Of a DNA stretch of 64,000 nt, positions 37,214 to 50,890 are shown in pieces. Numbering within the stretch: the stretch's first letter is position 1; every line of letters begins with the position of its first letter. Source of the stretch: Phyllosticta citribraziliensis (Eukaryota); NCBI RefSeq assembly GCF_038025025.1, contig NW_027117343.1:1922001-1986000 (forward strand). Reading direction: 5' to 3'. The translations under genes and the position numbers were made by a program. The notes beneath the pieces are model-generated. The model saw nothing but the letters and a program-made list of their open reading frames with translations. It did no database searches and had not been told where the DNA came from.

Positions 37214-40200
37214 TCAGGCATCCGTGACGACCCGACTGCTCCCCTGAGATGCCGACGCCTCTTCGTGCTCTGTGGGTTTGTCTTCCAGCATTCGCTGTTG
37301 TGTCGGTGCAGTCGGCCAGAGGTTGAAAGGGTTCCAGGCGCTAAGCATCTTCGCCAGAGGGCTCTGTTGCGGAGTCGTGGGTGCCGGGGAGTCAGTGGTG
37401 GCCCGTGGGGTTGGTCTAGATTCTTCGCCCGGGTCTGAGAGGGTTCTGGAACTCAGGCTGGCTCGCTCTCTTCTTTTTTGTTCCAGCACGGGGAGAATTT
37501 TGGTCGTTTGAGATGGGAGCGTACTCCGAACTACTTCGTCGATCGTCTTCGGGTCTCCTGGCAGGTGAAAAGAGAAGCCAGGATCTTGTCGCTGTAAGAC
37601 AAGATACGGATCTGCGCCAGCAATGAGCAGCATAGTAGTAATGTCTCCAATGACGACGCTGTCTATCCAAACGTACGGACTGGCTGAGTGGCATCGGAGC
37701 TAGCAGTATTGATCAGGATCACCGATTTGGGGGATGAAAGGCTAGGAGTCTGACGAGAAAAACTTACTTCGTTGAGGAACATCTCCCACAATGTCAACGC
37801 CATACCAGGCACAGTTTCGTTGACGTCTGCTTGATGTCTCAGAACCTCAACTACTAACATGCGGTAGTCTATTCTTGTCTCAGGGCCAAAGCAATGTAGC
37901 AAAGTACACATTAAGACGCTGAAACTGGCCTTACTCTGGACGTGGCGACCTTGGAGCTTTTCCAAGACGTACCAATCCAAAGCGAATAGGGAGGCCACGT
38001 CAAGGATATCAGCTGCTTTGAAAAGGCGACAGGGAATCGATACTAAGTTACTCCAGTGTTGATCCTGTTGAACTCGCTGAGTCAGTACTCAACTGGTCTG
38101 GTCTGTTTTACACAAGGGTTTGCATCTCACCTGGGCTGAAATATGCGACGACATGGAACTTGAGAATAGATGGTCAACCTCGTCGATTAGCCGCGTCAAT
38201 GGCCGAGCCCATTGTTCCTCATAGCTCCGAGCAGGACGAAGTACTGAGTCCAATGATCCATCAAGATACTTCATCGTGTTCTTATCCTCGCTCCTCAACA
38301 GCCTTGGGAGGTCCAAGCACTTTAATACCATCAAAGAACCTTTGGCATTGACCAAGTTGGCATCAAATATGCCGCCGAGCTCTTTTTCGAGATACTCAGG
38401 CATTACTTCGTCCAAAAGGTAATCTCTGACTGTGCGGTGCAAGAATTCCACCCGATATACTGATACTTCAGCGCCTTCGATGAGGTCTTTCTCAGTAACG
38501 TGGAGAAAATCTTTGCATCGTGCGTTGATGCGCTTTTCCAGGCTGTTCTTCCAATCATCTATCTCAGATCTTGAGACTTGATGGAAGGTATTTCTGAAGA
38601 CGTACTCTGGATCATCCTCTTTGTCCAATACTTGAAAAGTCGCAAGTGTAGGGGGAGTTTCCGACTTTAAGCATATTTTCAGCATCCGCGCCGTATCCCT
38701 GCGATGTTCGCGCCTGATGGATTTGTAAATGCGATCAAAGAGTGCTTCCAGCTCAGTCGGGTAACTGTTGACCTTCGTCCACAGATCTTTGAAATTCGCC
38801 CCTTCAGCTGGCGCGCTCAGGAGCATTCGGACTACGAGGAACACCCATAGAAATACCCCTGAAGAGTTCTGTACAATATGATCTGTCATTTCATCGAACA
38901 TGGTACCCATTAAGGCCATGAGATCCGGGCTTTCGGCGATTGTGTCCCTGGTAAACTTTCGAATGTCGTCTTCGGTTAGCTCGTGGACTCGGCATTTGGT
39001 GCTGGTGTGAAAAGCGTGCTCGAATTTTTCCCACGGCCGGCTTGACACGCAAAGCTTGACTGAGGGCACATCCTCAAATCTCTTGAGAAGCCCGGTGATT
39101 TCATCCTGAGTACAGTCGTACTCGTCGAGCCCGTCGATGAAAAGACATATTTTCGGTCTTTCAGTTTCATCCACGATTTTACACAATGCGGCTTCCAGCA
39201 TTTTGGGTGAAATATTTCCTAGTTCCCGCTCGTCGCGATCCAGCCAAAGTCGTGGGAAAATTTTGGGAATCAGGACTGGGTGTTGCCGTAAGATCTGAAA
39301 GACAGTGGAGCGGAGAAATCCTTCACGAGAGCGCTGCATGCTGGACCCAGATGTCCAAAAGTAGTGGCTCGCGACGGCGATCTTCTGGTCTCCAGCCCAC
39401 GATTCCAAAAGTCGAATGGTCTCGTTATGGTCCATGATGAATTTCATCAGTGTGGACTTGCCGCTCCCGGGCTTTCCACTTATCCAGTAAATGCCGCTAT
39501 GATGCTCAAGCCAGTCAGGGAATCCACGCTTTTCATTGTCGAATATCCATTGGAAAGTGCATTTGTGAGCTACGCTGACGTTGTTGTATCGATCCATGTG
39601 TTCCAAATACTGTAAGCGTTTCAGGATTTGCAACGCCTTGTCCGCCTCCTGCTCTTCCTTCGTAAACTTGATAAACAAGTCTGCGATCCTACTATAGTCA
39701 ATGGATTTTGCGTTGATACTTTCGATAATTCGGTCTCCTGTTGACGACAGCTGCTTGGAAGTGTCTGCTTGCAGGGTTCTGTCCATTTGCGCGACTTCAT
39801 CGAGCTTCGTCATCAAATACGAATTGTCGCCCCTGTTTTGTATTAGTTGTGTCTCCAATAGGGCGATCGAGGAGCCACGTACTTGACCATTGATATCAGT
39901 CTCGAGTCGAGTGCTTTTTGCAACCTCTGGAGTCTTTCATGAATCTCGAGTATCGCTCTCTTTCTTCGTCTTGCGCGGAAGGTCGACCTGACAACTTGCC
40001 TTCTTCGATGTGTCGTATCTTCGGGGAGAACTAGAGCTCGTAGCTCCGTTTCCAGGCTCTCCGCAACTTCGTCGTAAAGGTTGGAGATTTGCAATACGTC
40101 TTCCTCTTCCTCGGTGTGACTTGTTTTCGACGACAGCCTCGTTTTGAGCAACGTTTGCTGTTTGCGCATATCGTGGACAATCTGGCCGATGTCAGATATG

Positions 40201-40396
40201 CCGTCTCCGATAGGTCTTCCTTCGTGGGCTGAAGTGGAAACGTGGCTCTGGTACTGACCTTTAGCGTCTCACTGTTCTCTTTCACCATTCCATCCGCAGA
40301 TCGGTACTGCTCTTTAAGCTGCTTGGACACTCGTAGAGCAAAATCCACGACCTGGATGATGTTGGCCGTAAGGCTGAGGACATCGATCGGGATCAT
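37214..40396 (-). CDS. NACHT-domain STAND NTPase (fungal NLR-like) with N-terminal SesA/HeLo-like helical domain, about 5 exons
   Basis: N-terminus LSLTANIIQVVDF; AHKCTFQWIF; Walker A YWISGKPGSGKSTLMK; Walker B CLFIDGLDE; CVSSRPW; GVFLWVFLV; FLHRTVRDYL. Introns ~40258-40182, ~39882-39834, ~38130-38065 and ~37768-37700 splice in frame to a C-terminus with LLIAGADP. Confidence 0.88.
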
Positions 40397-41075
40397 GTTG
40401 AAATGACATTCGGGACCGGGATCAAGACAAGCAAAGGCAAATTTAGGGCGTCTTGGCTGGAGGTTGAAGGTCGGTGTCAGTTGATGAGGAGAGAGACAGA
40501 ATCGTTTAATGGGACAGCGAGTGTGTGTTGAGGCACGAAAGCAGAAGGTGTAGACTCTCGAGGCAACAGCACACTGCCTCCTCCCTCGTCAGCCCCCAAC
40601 CACAACCCCACCCCCGGTTGGCAGGACCCAGTGGCTGGCTGCATGCACCTCAGCCTCATCACCGCAACTGGATGGCTTAGATATGCAGCCAGATAAGTAA
40701 CGCCACGAATCAGCGAAATCAGCCTCGTTCATCTTTGAGGCTGAATGGGGAGTCGTGATGATGATTTTGGAGATGAAGACTTGCATTTCGTAGCCGTGAG
40801 CTTCGTGATCGACCCGCAAGCAAGTCTCGCAGTCGCCTTCCATGGCAAACTGCGTTGCGCCACCTGAAGAACGCAGGCAAAAGCGTCAAGTCAAGCCAGT
40901 ACCAATTTTCATCGGCCGTCCCCTCGAATCGAGAAGAAGAAAAAGACCGGAACCATCAAGTCAGAAGGATACGTGCAGACCAAACGACGTAAATATTCAA
41001 GGGGGTATCCCAAACAAAACGCCAGAGCAAAGGCGCGCAGCGCAGAACCAGCACATCATCGACGAAGGAATAATA

Positions 41076-42712
41076 TCAATCATCGTAGCCCATATCCTCC
41101 TCTTCTTCGTCCAACTCTTCGCTCTGCTCGTCCTCGTCGGAGCTGTCTCGCCCGGCTCCGCCAGCCATGTAGCGACTAGCCCGCGTCCACTCCTCGCTTT
41201 CTCCTAGCCCAACGCGCCTGCTGTCTTCCATGAAGCTGCTACGTGATTCGCCGTCCACCGACTCGAGCGTCTCGATTGTCGCGCTGATGTCGATGTCGCG
41301 CTCGTCTTCTACTGGCGCTGGGTCCATCTGCAGCAGGCTCGCCTTCTCGTCGGCGTCGAGGTCAGCGTCAGCCGCAAATCCGACGCTCTTGCCGCCGCTG
41401 CCAGATGACGAGGTAGGTCGGCCGTGGTCAACGAGCACGTCGCCATCCCACGGCCGACACGACTTGACAAGTTCGCCGCAGCGCAGACACGTCCAGCCCT
41501 CGCCCTCCTCGGCCTCAATCTTTTGCGCCAGACACACAAAGCAGTATACGCAGCCACACGGAATGGCCTGGTACGGGTTGGTAACATCGGTAGCCGTGGA
41601 CCCCACGACGCCGCCGGTCCCCGCCGACTGCGCCATCATTTGAGACTCGGAGGCGGTGCCACCGGTGGGGTTTTGGTCGTTGTAGCAGATGGCACAGGTG
41701 CGCTCAGGGAGGAAGCCGAGCTCACCCGCTTTGCCTGCGTCGGAGTCGTCATCGGCGCCGGCAGAGGAGCGCGAGAAGAAGGTCTTGAGTTTGCGCCAGG
41801 AGCGGGCGAGGATGCGGCGCCATCGCGAGATACCGACCAGAGGAAGGAGAAAGAGGAGAAATTCGGTAAAGGCGTGCCAGACGAGCTGGCGGTTGAGGTA
41901 TTCAAACGAGACTTCACGGGAGATGGAGGATGAGGCGGGGGTCAGGCGCAGGCCGAGCAGACGGTCGACCAGAGTTCGGTATCGGCCGTTGGTCAGGAAG
42001 ACGAGGAACGAGATGAAGGCGGCAAAGGAGTGCGTCGTGCTGAGATAGTCCGTCAAGCGTTCGGCTAGGCGGACGCGTGCAGATGGCAGCTCGTAGTCGG
42101 ACGTCCGCGCCGAAAGCCATTCCTCCCACTTTGTCCACGCATATCTCCCACCCACGGTCAACAGGCCATATGCACTCTTTTGCCATCTCCTCGGGGGCGG
42201 GCGTGCGGGATCGTCGGAACGCGTGTCAGTGTAGCGGAGACCTTGCAGCGCGGCGCCGTACGAGGCGTTGTGGTCCCAGATGCTGAGCTTGAACAAGATG
42301 GCGCGTAGAGCGAGTAGAATCTCGGGCGAGTAATCGCTGGCAAGGTGATTCTGAAGACCAGTCAGTTATCAAAAGATCCCAAGACTTCCGAATCTGCGGA
42401 GGTACGTACACCAAAGTACTTGAGCCCCTCGCCGACCTGGCCCTTGAGCAGCTCCAAGAGCTCTTCATCCAAAAGCTCCGCATCGACCTGGCCGACGCGA
42501 AACGCCGGCCGCGTGCCTTCTCTCCCTCTGATACCCTCCCATATAGACAGGCCCGCAGTGCCGACTCGATTCAGAGGATAAGGGAGCCGCGAGAGGTTGG
42601 CGGTGTTGAGAGCTTCGCGTTGGGCTTCGATTCGGGCGCGGTATTCGGCTTCGCGCTGCTGTCGCCGAGCATGCAGGCGGGCTTGCGCGGCAGCAAAGTC
42701 GGCGGAGGACAT
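41076..42712 (-). CDS. pex2: Peroxisomal biogenesis RING-finger peroxin Pex2, 2 exons
   Basis: RVGQVDAELLDEEL, ASYGAALQGLRY, VSFEYLNRQLVWHAFTEFL and RING CAIC..CGCVYCFVC..WTCLRC. Intron ~42409-42353. Confidence 0.95.
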
Positions 42713-43079
42713 GTCAAGGCGGATGTGGCTGAACCATTGATGTCTCGTCCTATGGATCTGGGGGCATTCTTCAAGGTTTGGACACGCGACGGAAAAGAGG
42801 TGGAGTGGTGGTCGCGCGATAAGCTAAGGCGAGTGACGTTGCCGCGGGTTTCGTTTTGCGCGCCGGAGCCGAGGCTCCCATTTCGTGCCACATGAATCGA
42901 CAGCAATAGAAGCACAACAAAACTTTCATCTGTCTATCCAATCGTCTATGTTCCATGCGCCAAAGATCCAAATTCTCTTACTCCAAACGACTCGCTGCAT
43001 TAGACATTGTGTTGCTCAAAGAAACCCATGGTCCCTCGGCGCCCGAATTCCGCATCAAACAAAAGATTCAACCGCTGAC

Positions 43080-44698
43080 CTACTCCTTGGAGCTTCTCGC
43101 CGGCTTCCACTCGTAGTGATACTTGCCTTCGGTCGGCAAGTCGGTTCCCTTTTCGCCCTTGCGATCATACATGTGCGCACCAAAGTAGTCCAACTGGGCC
43201 TCGTAGAAGCTGGTCGGCAAATGCGTGCCAGTCTGGTATTTGACATACTCCAAACTCGCGCTAATGGCCGGAATCACGAAATCATTCTCTACGCCCTTGG
43301 CCACGACGGTCCGCAGCGCCTTGAGCTTCGAGCTGATTTCCGACATTATGGAGCCTTGGTAGAGCAGGTTGATCGAGTCGAGCTTGCGGTACTCGTTGAA
43401 GATGGGCTGCAGGAGCTCAGCGATGTAGTCGGCCTGGATGATACATCCCGCCCGCCAAATCTGGAGAACTGCTGGGTAGTCGATGTTCCAGTGGTTCTTT
43501 CGGTCCGCGCGCTCGATGACGTTGAGGCCTTGGATGTAGCTGGCGAGACAGCTGACGAACACCGCTTGACGCAGCGCCTCGATGAAATCCTTCTTCTCCT
43601 GACCACTAAGTTTGAGGGGATGGGGCTGAATTTCCCCTCCGAATTTCTCCTGGGCGCGGATGCGCTGTCCACGGTCCGCAGAGGCAAGACGGAAGTAGTG
43701 GGCTGCCGTCAGGGTGGGAGCTGGAATATGGTGGAACACGGCCTGCTCGTTGCTCCACACGCCAGTACCTTCTTCGCCAGTGATATCCTGGACGACCTTG
43801 TCTTCGACGGTGTCGAGGATATGTTCATTGTTGCGCTTGTCAATTGCGCGGCAAATGTCGGCACCAATCCAGATCAGGAACGTCCCGCGCTGCGCTGGTC
43901 AGCATGGCTGTCGATCCAGTGAATGGGAAGTCTCACCAGTTCTCCTTCTTTGTTCCATGCCTCGAAGACGTCTCCAATCTCTTCGTCGCTCATTTCCAGT
44001 CCCTTTTGCATAATGGCAAAGGCCTCGCTTATGGCACTCATCATGCCATGCTCGATCCCGTTGTGAATCATCTTGACGTAGTGTCCCGCACCGCCAGTTC
44101 CAGCCTTGCCCACGCATGGGTTTCCATTCTTGTCCTTTGCCGCCACCTTTCTCAGCAACGGCATCACCAGATCCAAACTCTCGTCATCGGCGCCGGGACA
44201 CATGCTGGGCCCTGCCCGCGCCGCCTGGTACCCACCGCTGACGCCCATGCCAATGTATCGCACACCGCGGGTCACACACTTGCCCTGCCGCCTCTGCGTG
44301 TTCTCCCAATGCTCGTTTCCGGCGTCGATGATGATATCGCCCTTTTCCAGGTACGGCAGCAAGTCTCCGAGGACCGTGTCGCCCACATTGCCGTGCGGAA
44401 GGGAGAAGACGAAGACTTTGGGGCTGCCCAGCGAGGCGCAAAGATCTTTGTAGCTTGTATACTTCTTGACAGCTCCTTGAGGAATGGCAGGCGCCTTTTT
44501 TGCGGTTTCGACAACGCGGTCCATGGTTTCTTCGGATGGATCTTTCAGCGAGACTTCGACGCCGTTTTCGGCAAACAGCAGGGCCATGCCGCCGCCCATG
44601 CTGCCACAGCCGATCATGGCGAGCTACAAGCTGTAAGTCTCCGTCCAACGAGCATTGTAGGGTTGTCTTACCTTCTTGATCTCCAGAGGTTGCACCAT
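43080..44698 (-). CDS. 6-phosphogluconate dehydrogenase (decarboxylating)-like protein, 3 exons
   Basis: IGCGSMG, IIIDAGNE, GMGVSGG, GAGHYVKMIHNGIEHGMM, IWRAGCII and AQLDYFGAHMY. Introns near 44671-44625 and 43937-43890. Confidence 0.92.
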
Positions 44699-47600
44699 GG
44701 TGTCTAGCAATAGAATAAAACCAACGTAGAGAAAGGACAAAGCTGAATTGGGAGAGTAGCCAAGGTAAGAGAAGAGTGAAGCGACGGTAGGTACAGCGCA
44801 AGAGGAGCGGGGTAGCAAGATTTATTCGCCATGATGCCCAAGTGACGACGGTCGGGTGGTCTTGCTAGCGTGACGTAACCGGCCGTAGGGCTGACTGCAT
44901 GGGTGCGGTGGTCAAGCTCACGCCTCCCGCTCGACCCGCGACCGCGCTAACTGCTTTCGGCTATGCGATCTCCACTTGGGGGCGACACAACGTTAGCAGC
45001 GTTCCCGCGGTAAACTCTGAAGAGAAATGTCAGCTGAGATGATCCCGGTTGAAGTCGACGAAGCGAAAGTGCTTCATTTTTGAAGAGGAAGTGGAGTGAA
45101 GTAGCCAAGAAGATTTGACACGGTCTTCTCAGAGGACCAAGTGACGGGAAGTGATCATCTCCTGAACAACACCATTCGCATGAGCAGCTCCTCGCACTTC
45201 ATGGCGCCTTGCACCGAACACCCAGAATCAGAACCAGCGCATCGCACGGAACAGCGGGTGCAACCCAAACCGCAAATGGTCGCCGAGTCATCAACAGCAC
45301 GGCGCAGCAGACCGATATAAAACCCCCCAGACTCTCCTCCGCCAACTCTTTCTTCTTCATTCCCGGTTTTAGCGCATCACGGAAGGGGTCCCTGATGATG
45401 CCCTCCCCCATTCACCGCCCCCGCCCCAGCGTCCCTGCGCCTCGTTTTGTTTTCCAATCCACCGGCCCTTTTTATGCACCTGCACCTTTTTCCGGGGACC
45501 CGATATAATGCGTACCCTTTTCTGCTTACTCTTCTTTGCTTCGGCTTCCATTGGCTGGCTGCTTTTGGTGGCCTTGTCTGCGCTTTTTTGATCTCAATGG
45601 TGTCGCCCGCGTAGCACTACTGCGGGATGGCGCATCCTACTTTTTTTTCTCACTGTGGCTTTCGCCTTGTGCGGGTCCTCGGAGAGAATTGATGACGGGC
45701 TGCCCATTGAAGTTTGAGCGAAGCCCGCATGCACGTTAGATGCGTAGCTGAGCCTGACAATTTCTGACCGCGAGGTTCCGTCAACCCATTCGACGCAGCT
45801 GGCTCTGAACACGGCGGTCAGAACTTGCCTGATGCGTCAAAACATGGAAAGGCCGGCACAGCTGGGATATTGGGCGGCGTCTTGGAGTCTTTGACGAGCA
45901 AGGCATCACTGGCCAGCTTTCACGGGCGCGAGGTTCCAAAGATCGTACAGTGAGGTAGCTGGTTGCGCTCACGACAGGCTTCGAAAACCCGGTCTATGGA
46001 GACACACCGAGATTCCAAAGACGCTGAGATGCCTGCCGACTTGCCCTTCTCGGAGCGGAGCAGGATAGAGTAGTGCAAATGCCGGACCCTTCGCTGCAGC
46101 TCACAGCAAAAGCGTCCTCGCCCATCTCCACACCCACCGCGCCTCCTACAGCCTTGATTCAAACCTCTCACTCTCACTGCTGGCCATCCAGGTCTTTCCC
46201 CAAGCGCCCGCATCAAGCGAACGACTCAATGAAAGAAAAAAGGCAATGTTCGCGTCAGCCCCCAGTAGTGCTACGGGAGCGACACAGTGACGGCCACGCA
46301 TGGGCAAGCCCAGTGGCGCAGCGCGTCGCGCGGCAAAAAGTGGGTTAACCAAGAAGAAGGCCGTAGCCTTGGTTCAGTGGTTAAACTGAACAGAACAGGT
46401 ACTACACATGATCTGGCCGAGCACGTTAGCAAGCGGAGGGAGGTAGGGTGGAGGAGGAGGGCGTCGTACCTAAGCCAAAAGGCAGAGAGCTGGAGAGGAA
46501 AAGAAGAGGAGAGGAGTTGGGCGGGCTGGCAGGAGGTTTTTATAGAGGCGTTGGTGGGTGTGGTCTGTGCGGCGGGCGCTGGTAGACTGCGAAGGCGGTT
46601 AGTCGATGCCGCTGGGCAGCGCCTGTTGGCGGGCTTGCGGCAGGCAAGCACCCGTACGGTACGGAGGCGTTGTAGCAGAATCGCTTCGACGTGGCGGGAA
46701 ACCGATGGGCGGATTCAAAGCGTCGCCTCATGCTATCATGAAGCTCAACCACAGCACCCAAACGAAGCGAAAACAGCGAATGTCAAGGAAACAGCAGGTC
46801 GTATCTTCCCTCTACGCTGAGCAAGCACAGATCAATGGCTCCAGCCTGAAGTGGTGAATGAAAGGTCCCCTTGTCCAGCAGCGGCGTCAGAGCTTGCTCT
46901 TTGTTTCGACACGCACCGCACGAGTAGCTTCGAGAGAGCACAGGGCAAAAACAATCGACCAGCAAGCAGAGATATACGTCGAAGAAGAAAGAGAAGAAAG
47001 GCAAAGACAACTGGTCAAACAAACCCTCGGAAAGAAACATACCCATCCAAGTTTGGAGACTTGTTGTTGACGCTCAGACCAGGAATCCTCTGCATGCAGC
47101 CTCCAGCAAGATGCCGGTATGCCACTGGCATTCTACGGGCGCAGACAGCCAGCCTCCTCGTCCAAGCTCACTTACAGATTCCTACAACAAGCAACATCAT
47201 GGTGCTCAGTAGTCCCGCACAGTAGCTAGGTAAGCAGCCGCCATCTTCGACGAACCCGTGGACCCTCCTCAGACCTGCTCCGCGACCCATCTCGAGCCGA
47301 CCTGCCAGTCCTGATGCGCAGGCTGTACAGCTGTCAATCTCCGCGCCATCCAATGAAACAGAACGGTAGACGTCGAAGAAGAGCAGAGAGGAAGGAAGGT
47401 CGAAAGGGGAAAGAAGAAAAAAATTGTCGTCCGTGGAATGAAATGATCCCCTCTTGCACATCAAACGCGCGCAACGCACGACTCATGCCCAGACCCTCTC
47501 GTCAGGGATCGAAGATCGCACACCAGAAGCCTTCCTCCAGTCGTTCGCCGAGCGGGCGCGGTACCTGCGCTGGTGGTCGTGGTGGTGTCTCGGAAAATCA

Positions 47601-48419
47601 GAAAAACCATGATCCCTGGCGGGCCTGCCGTCTCGGGGATGGCGTCGGGTTGGCGGCCGAGGGAGCGGATTGCGGACAGGCCCGCGCGCCTGACCGAGAA
47701 TTATCTGATTCGGCTTGTCTGGAGAATCACTGTCCATCTTTGCCGAAAATGTTGGGCGACACGGAGAGGAGTGACGGTTGACGGACGGACGGCCGTGATG
47801 ATGATGATGATGGCGCGTGTGGTGCTTGTCCGGGACCCTGCAGCGAGCCAGCGCTCGACGATGCCCGTTTGCTTGCTCCACCTCCATCCACCACGACCGT
47901 CGACATGACTTTGTTGACCATCAAACACGCAAGCGAGTGATGAGCGGCGCCAACCGAAATGCTGGAGCCGCCATGGCCGTCCATGCCGTTTTCTGATTGC
48001 TTGCTTGCTGGTCTACCTACGTACGCATGCCAGACCGCCATCCTACGTGCGGTAGCAAGCAGCAGACAGACAGACAACACGGTGCCAGGCCAACAACGTC
48101 AACAACGTCGATAGCCGAGCCGCAGTCTGCCCCAAGCCGGCCCAAGCCAACCGCGCCATCGCGGCCCCGTTTTGTCGTCTTGGCCTCTCCACCATCACCA
48201 CGCAGGTAGCCAGCCAGCCAGCCAGCTCGTCCAATACGCGACGACACACCCGCACGCGCCTGGGACAGCAGCAGCACCACCACCACCACCACCACCACCA
48301 CCGGCGCGACCTGCTTGCTTCGGCAGCCCGCCGGTCGACTGACACAGCTACTCGCCAACCACCATCTGCCAGCTGCAAGTGCACAATATGTGCACACTGA
48401 GGTCCGGCCAGGCACATGT

Positions 48420-48450
<31 letters not shown>

Positions 48451-49194
48451 CGTCTGTCTGTCGGACCCTCTCGTCTCGTCGCTCGTATCCGTTTGCACGT
48501 CGGTCGGCCCGCTCCACACACACCACGGGCACACGTCCACCACACACACCCTCCCAGGCTCCCGGACCAGTAGTCGCATGCGTTCGGCGCCCGGCCGCGC
48601 GGGCGAGTAAGGAAGCCCGCGCGGGTGCTATGTACCTAGGTGGTTGACCGATTGGCTGGCCGGCCGGTTCGCTTGTACTGTACATGCTGCGCGGCATAGC
48701 GGATGCGGATTTAATTCGTTCTTTTATTCCGTCTCTCACGTCCGCCTCTAGCTATCTATTCCATGGGAAACATGGCGGAATGAGAGTAGAGAGGAATGCC
48801 AGAGAGGCTTTGCGTCACTGCAGTGTCTCGCACCGAGCCGAGGCGCGGCCCGAGACCGAGGTGCTGAGGTGGCTGGCTGGCGGAAGAGGGATGAACTCGG
48901 GGATCCGTCCTTTGCGCCTTTCTTTTTCTTCTCCTCCGTCGTGGCCGGTTTTCTGCGTCGGGACCTAGATCTGGTTCCGTCCTCTTGGTCTCCGCCACCT
49001 GCGAAAAAGGACGCAGGAAGCTTGGAGGTGGGTAGGTCACTGATCGGGGGACGCTTCTAAAGACACCATGCCGCTGAAAGCGTAAGCACAGCTACCTGCG
49101 TCGAGGTCGGCACCTCTTCTCCCTTGACTGACACCGCCGTCTCCTCTACCCAAAGCAAAACCACAGGAATCCCCACTCAGCTCCCCAGCCCATC

Positions 49195-50890
49195 CTAACC
49201 CCTCCACCTCACCATCTCCCCAACCCTCCTCACAATCTCCCTGCCCATCGCCCTCCTCGTCCCCTCCGTCCGGCCCACCGCATCGCGATTCTCCTGCGCG
49301 CGCCGCAGCAAAAACTGCAAGCACTCGCCCGGCGTGCCCCACACGATGTTCTTGTAGGCGCGCGGCACGTCGACCAGCGGCCGATTGGGCGGCTCGTCGA
49401 CGGGGAAGCAGAGGGAGGGAGCGGCGTTGGCGGCGCGAGCGGCGGCGGCCGTGGCGATGATTTCGCAGCCCACTTCGTCGGCCATGCCTTGCAGCTGAGC
49501 GAAGGCGACGGGGACGGGGTCGAGTTCAGGAGACGGGGAAGGCCGGCTGGAGGCGAGCAGGCGGTTGCGCAGTGCTTGTGCCCGCCGCACTGAAGTGATG
49601 TTGTGCGTGGCGAGCATGACGGCGAGCTGCGGCCACTCCTGCTCGCCGTCTTTTGCAGCAGCCGCGCCATCGCCATCCGTCGACATCTCCAGCCACTTTC
49701 CCCATCTGCGCTCCAGCATCTCGGCCGCCAGCCCGTCGTATGCCGCGTCCGTCTGCTCCTTGGTTGCCCAGATGGCGCCCCGTGGCTCCTTTGCCAGATA
49801 CGCGCCGCGCACGAGCTTGACGCCAATCACGAAGCCTCCCTCGCGCGCCAGACGCAGGTGCTGCGCTAGCTTGGCCGGCGTGCTGCGCAGGTACGCCTGG
49901 TACGTGTTGTACATGACGGGATGGGCGGGCGACGAGTACGGCGGGCGGTTGTACTTGGCCATGAGCGCGAGCGTCCAGGCGTCGATGCCGGGGTTTGTGA
50001 TTTCTTCCTCGGCGCCCGGGAGGAGGGAGACGCGGCGCTGCGAGGCGAGCGCGCATACGGCGTCGAGGGCGGACGCCATGGCCGGCGTTGGCGGCTGGTT
50101 TTGCTTGAGGAGGTGGAGCGCGTGGTGACCTAGGCCAGACCATCTGTGCGGTATCAGTTGGGCTCGAGGCATTGGACGGGAACAGACGATGCACTCACTT
50201 GAGCGCGGCAAACTCTCCCTCGCGCACCATCTCGACCGTCTGCAGCGCCCCGTCCCGCCACGTCTCTATCTGGCGCGCCGTCTCTTTGCTGTCTGCGGCG
50301 GGAGTCTTGTCCGCGCTGCTGCCCTCAATGTCGTCGAGCAGCACTTCGAGCGCAAACTCCAACGAAAGGCCATCGTATCCGACGCTTCTGACCTTGGCAG
50401 CCGTCCGCTCGACCTCAGCCTTGCTCTGGCCGGCGCAGAACTGCGAGTAAAACGTCTTTTTCAAAATGTAGCCGAGCGCGCGGTTCTTGTCAGGATCAAG
50501 GACAGGGAGCGGCGGATAGGCCAGCAAATGGAGCGCAGAGAAGCAGAGACGATAGAGAAAGGGATTTGCGAGGGCGAGCGTTATGAGATAAGTTTTCACT
50601 ATTTGAGAAAAGGGAAGATAGGAGAGCACGTGTTGCGGGAGACTGGGAGAGGGAGGCTCCACGGCGGGTGGATGGTTAAGAAAGGGATCATGTTCGGGAG
50701 ACGTCGCGACAGTGGCCGACTTGGATTCGCTGGGCTTGACGTATAGTCTGCGGCCGTGATGTACCAGTCGATGGAGCGTCAGAGGCGCTGTGTAGACCCT
50801 GATGCGGCTCCTCCGTTCCGGGCCGCCATGGAGCAGCGATTGCCGGGGTGCAGGGCAGAAGCGGTAGGCTTGGACAGTGCGAGACAACAT
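49195..50890 (-). CDS. prnD: Mitochondrial proline dehydrogenase, 2 exons
   Basis: Presequence; FYSQFCAG; ALK|WSGL; AEE; YNTYQAYL; GVKLVRGAYL; ATHN; FAQLQGMADE; LLRRAQEN. Intron ~50198-50145. Confidence 0.92.

Noticed and set aside
42885..44707. 345-aa and 287-aa plus-strand ORFs over the 6PGDH gene
   Set aside because: Antisense shadows of a well-supported gene.
45310..46545. Isolated TATA boxes near 45315 (+) and 46543 (-) as a second array
   Set aside because: Not paired divergently and not in the ~595-bp phase.
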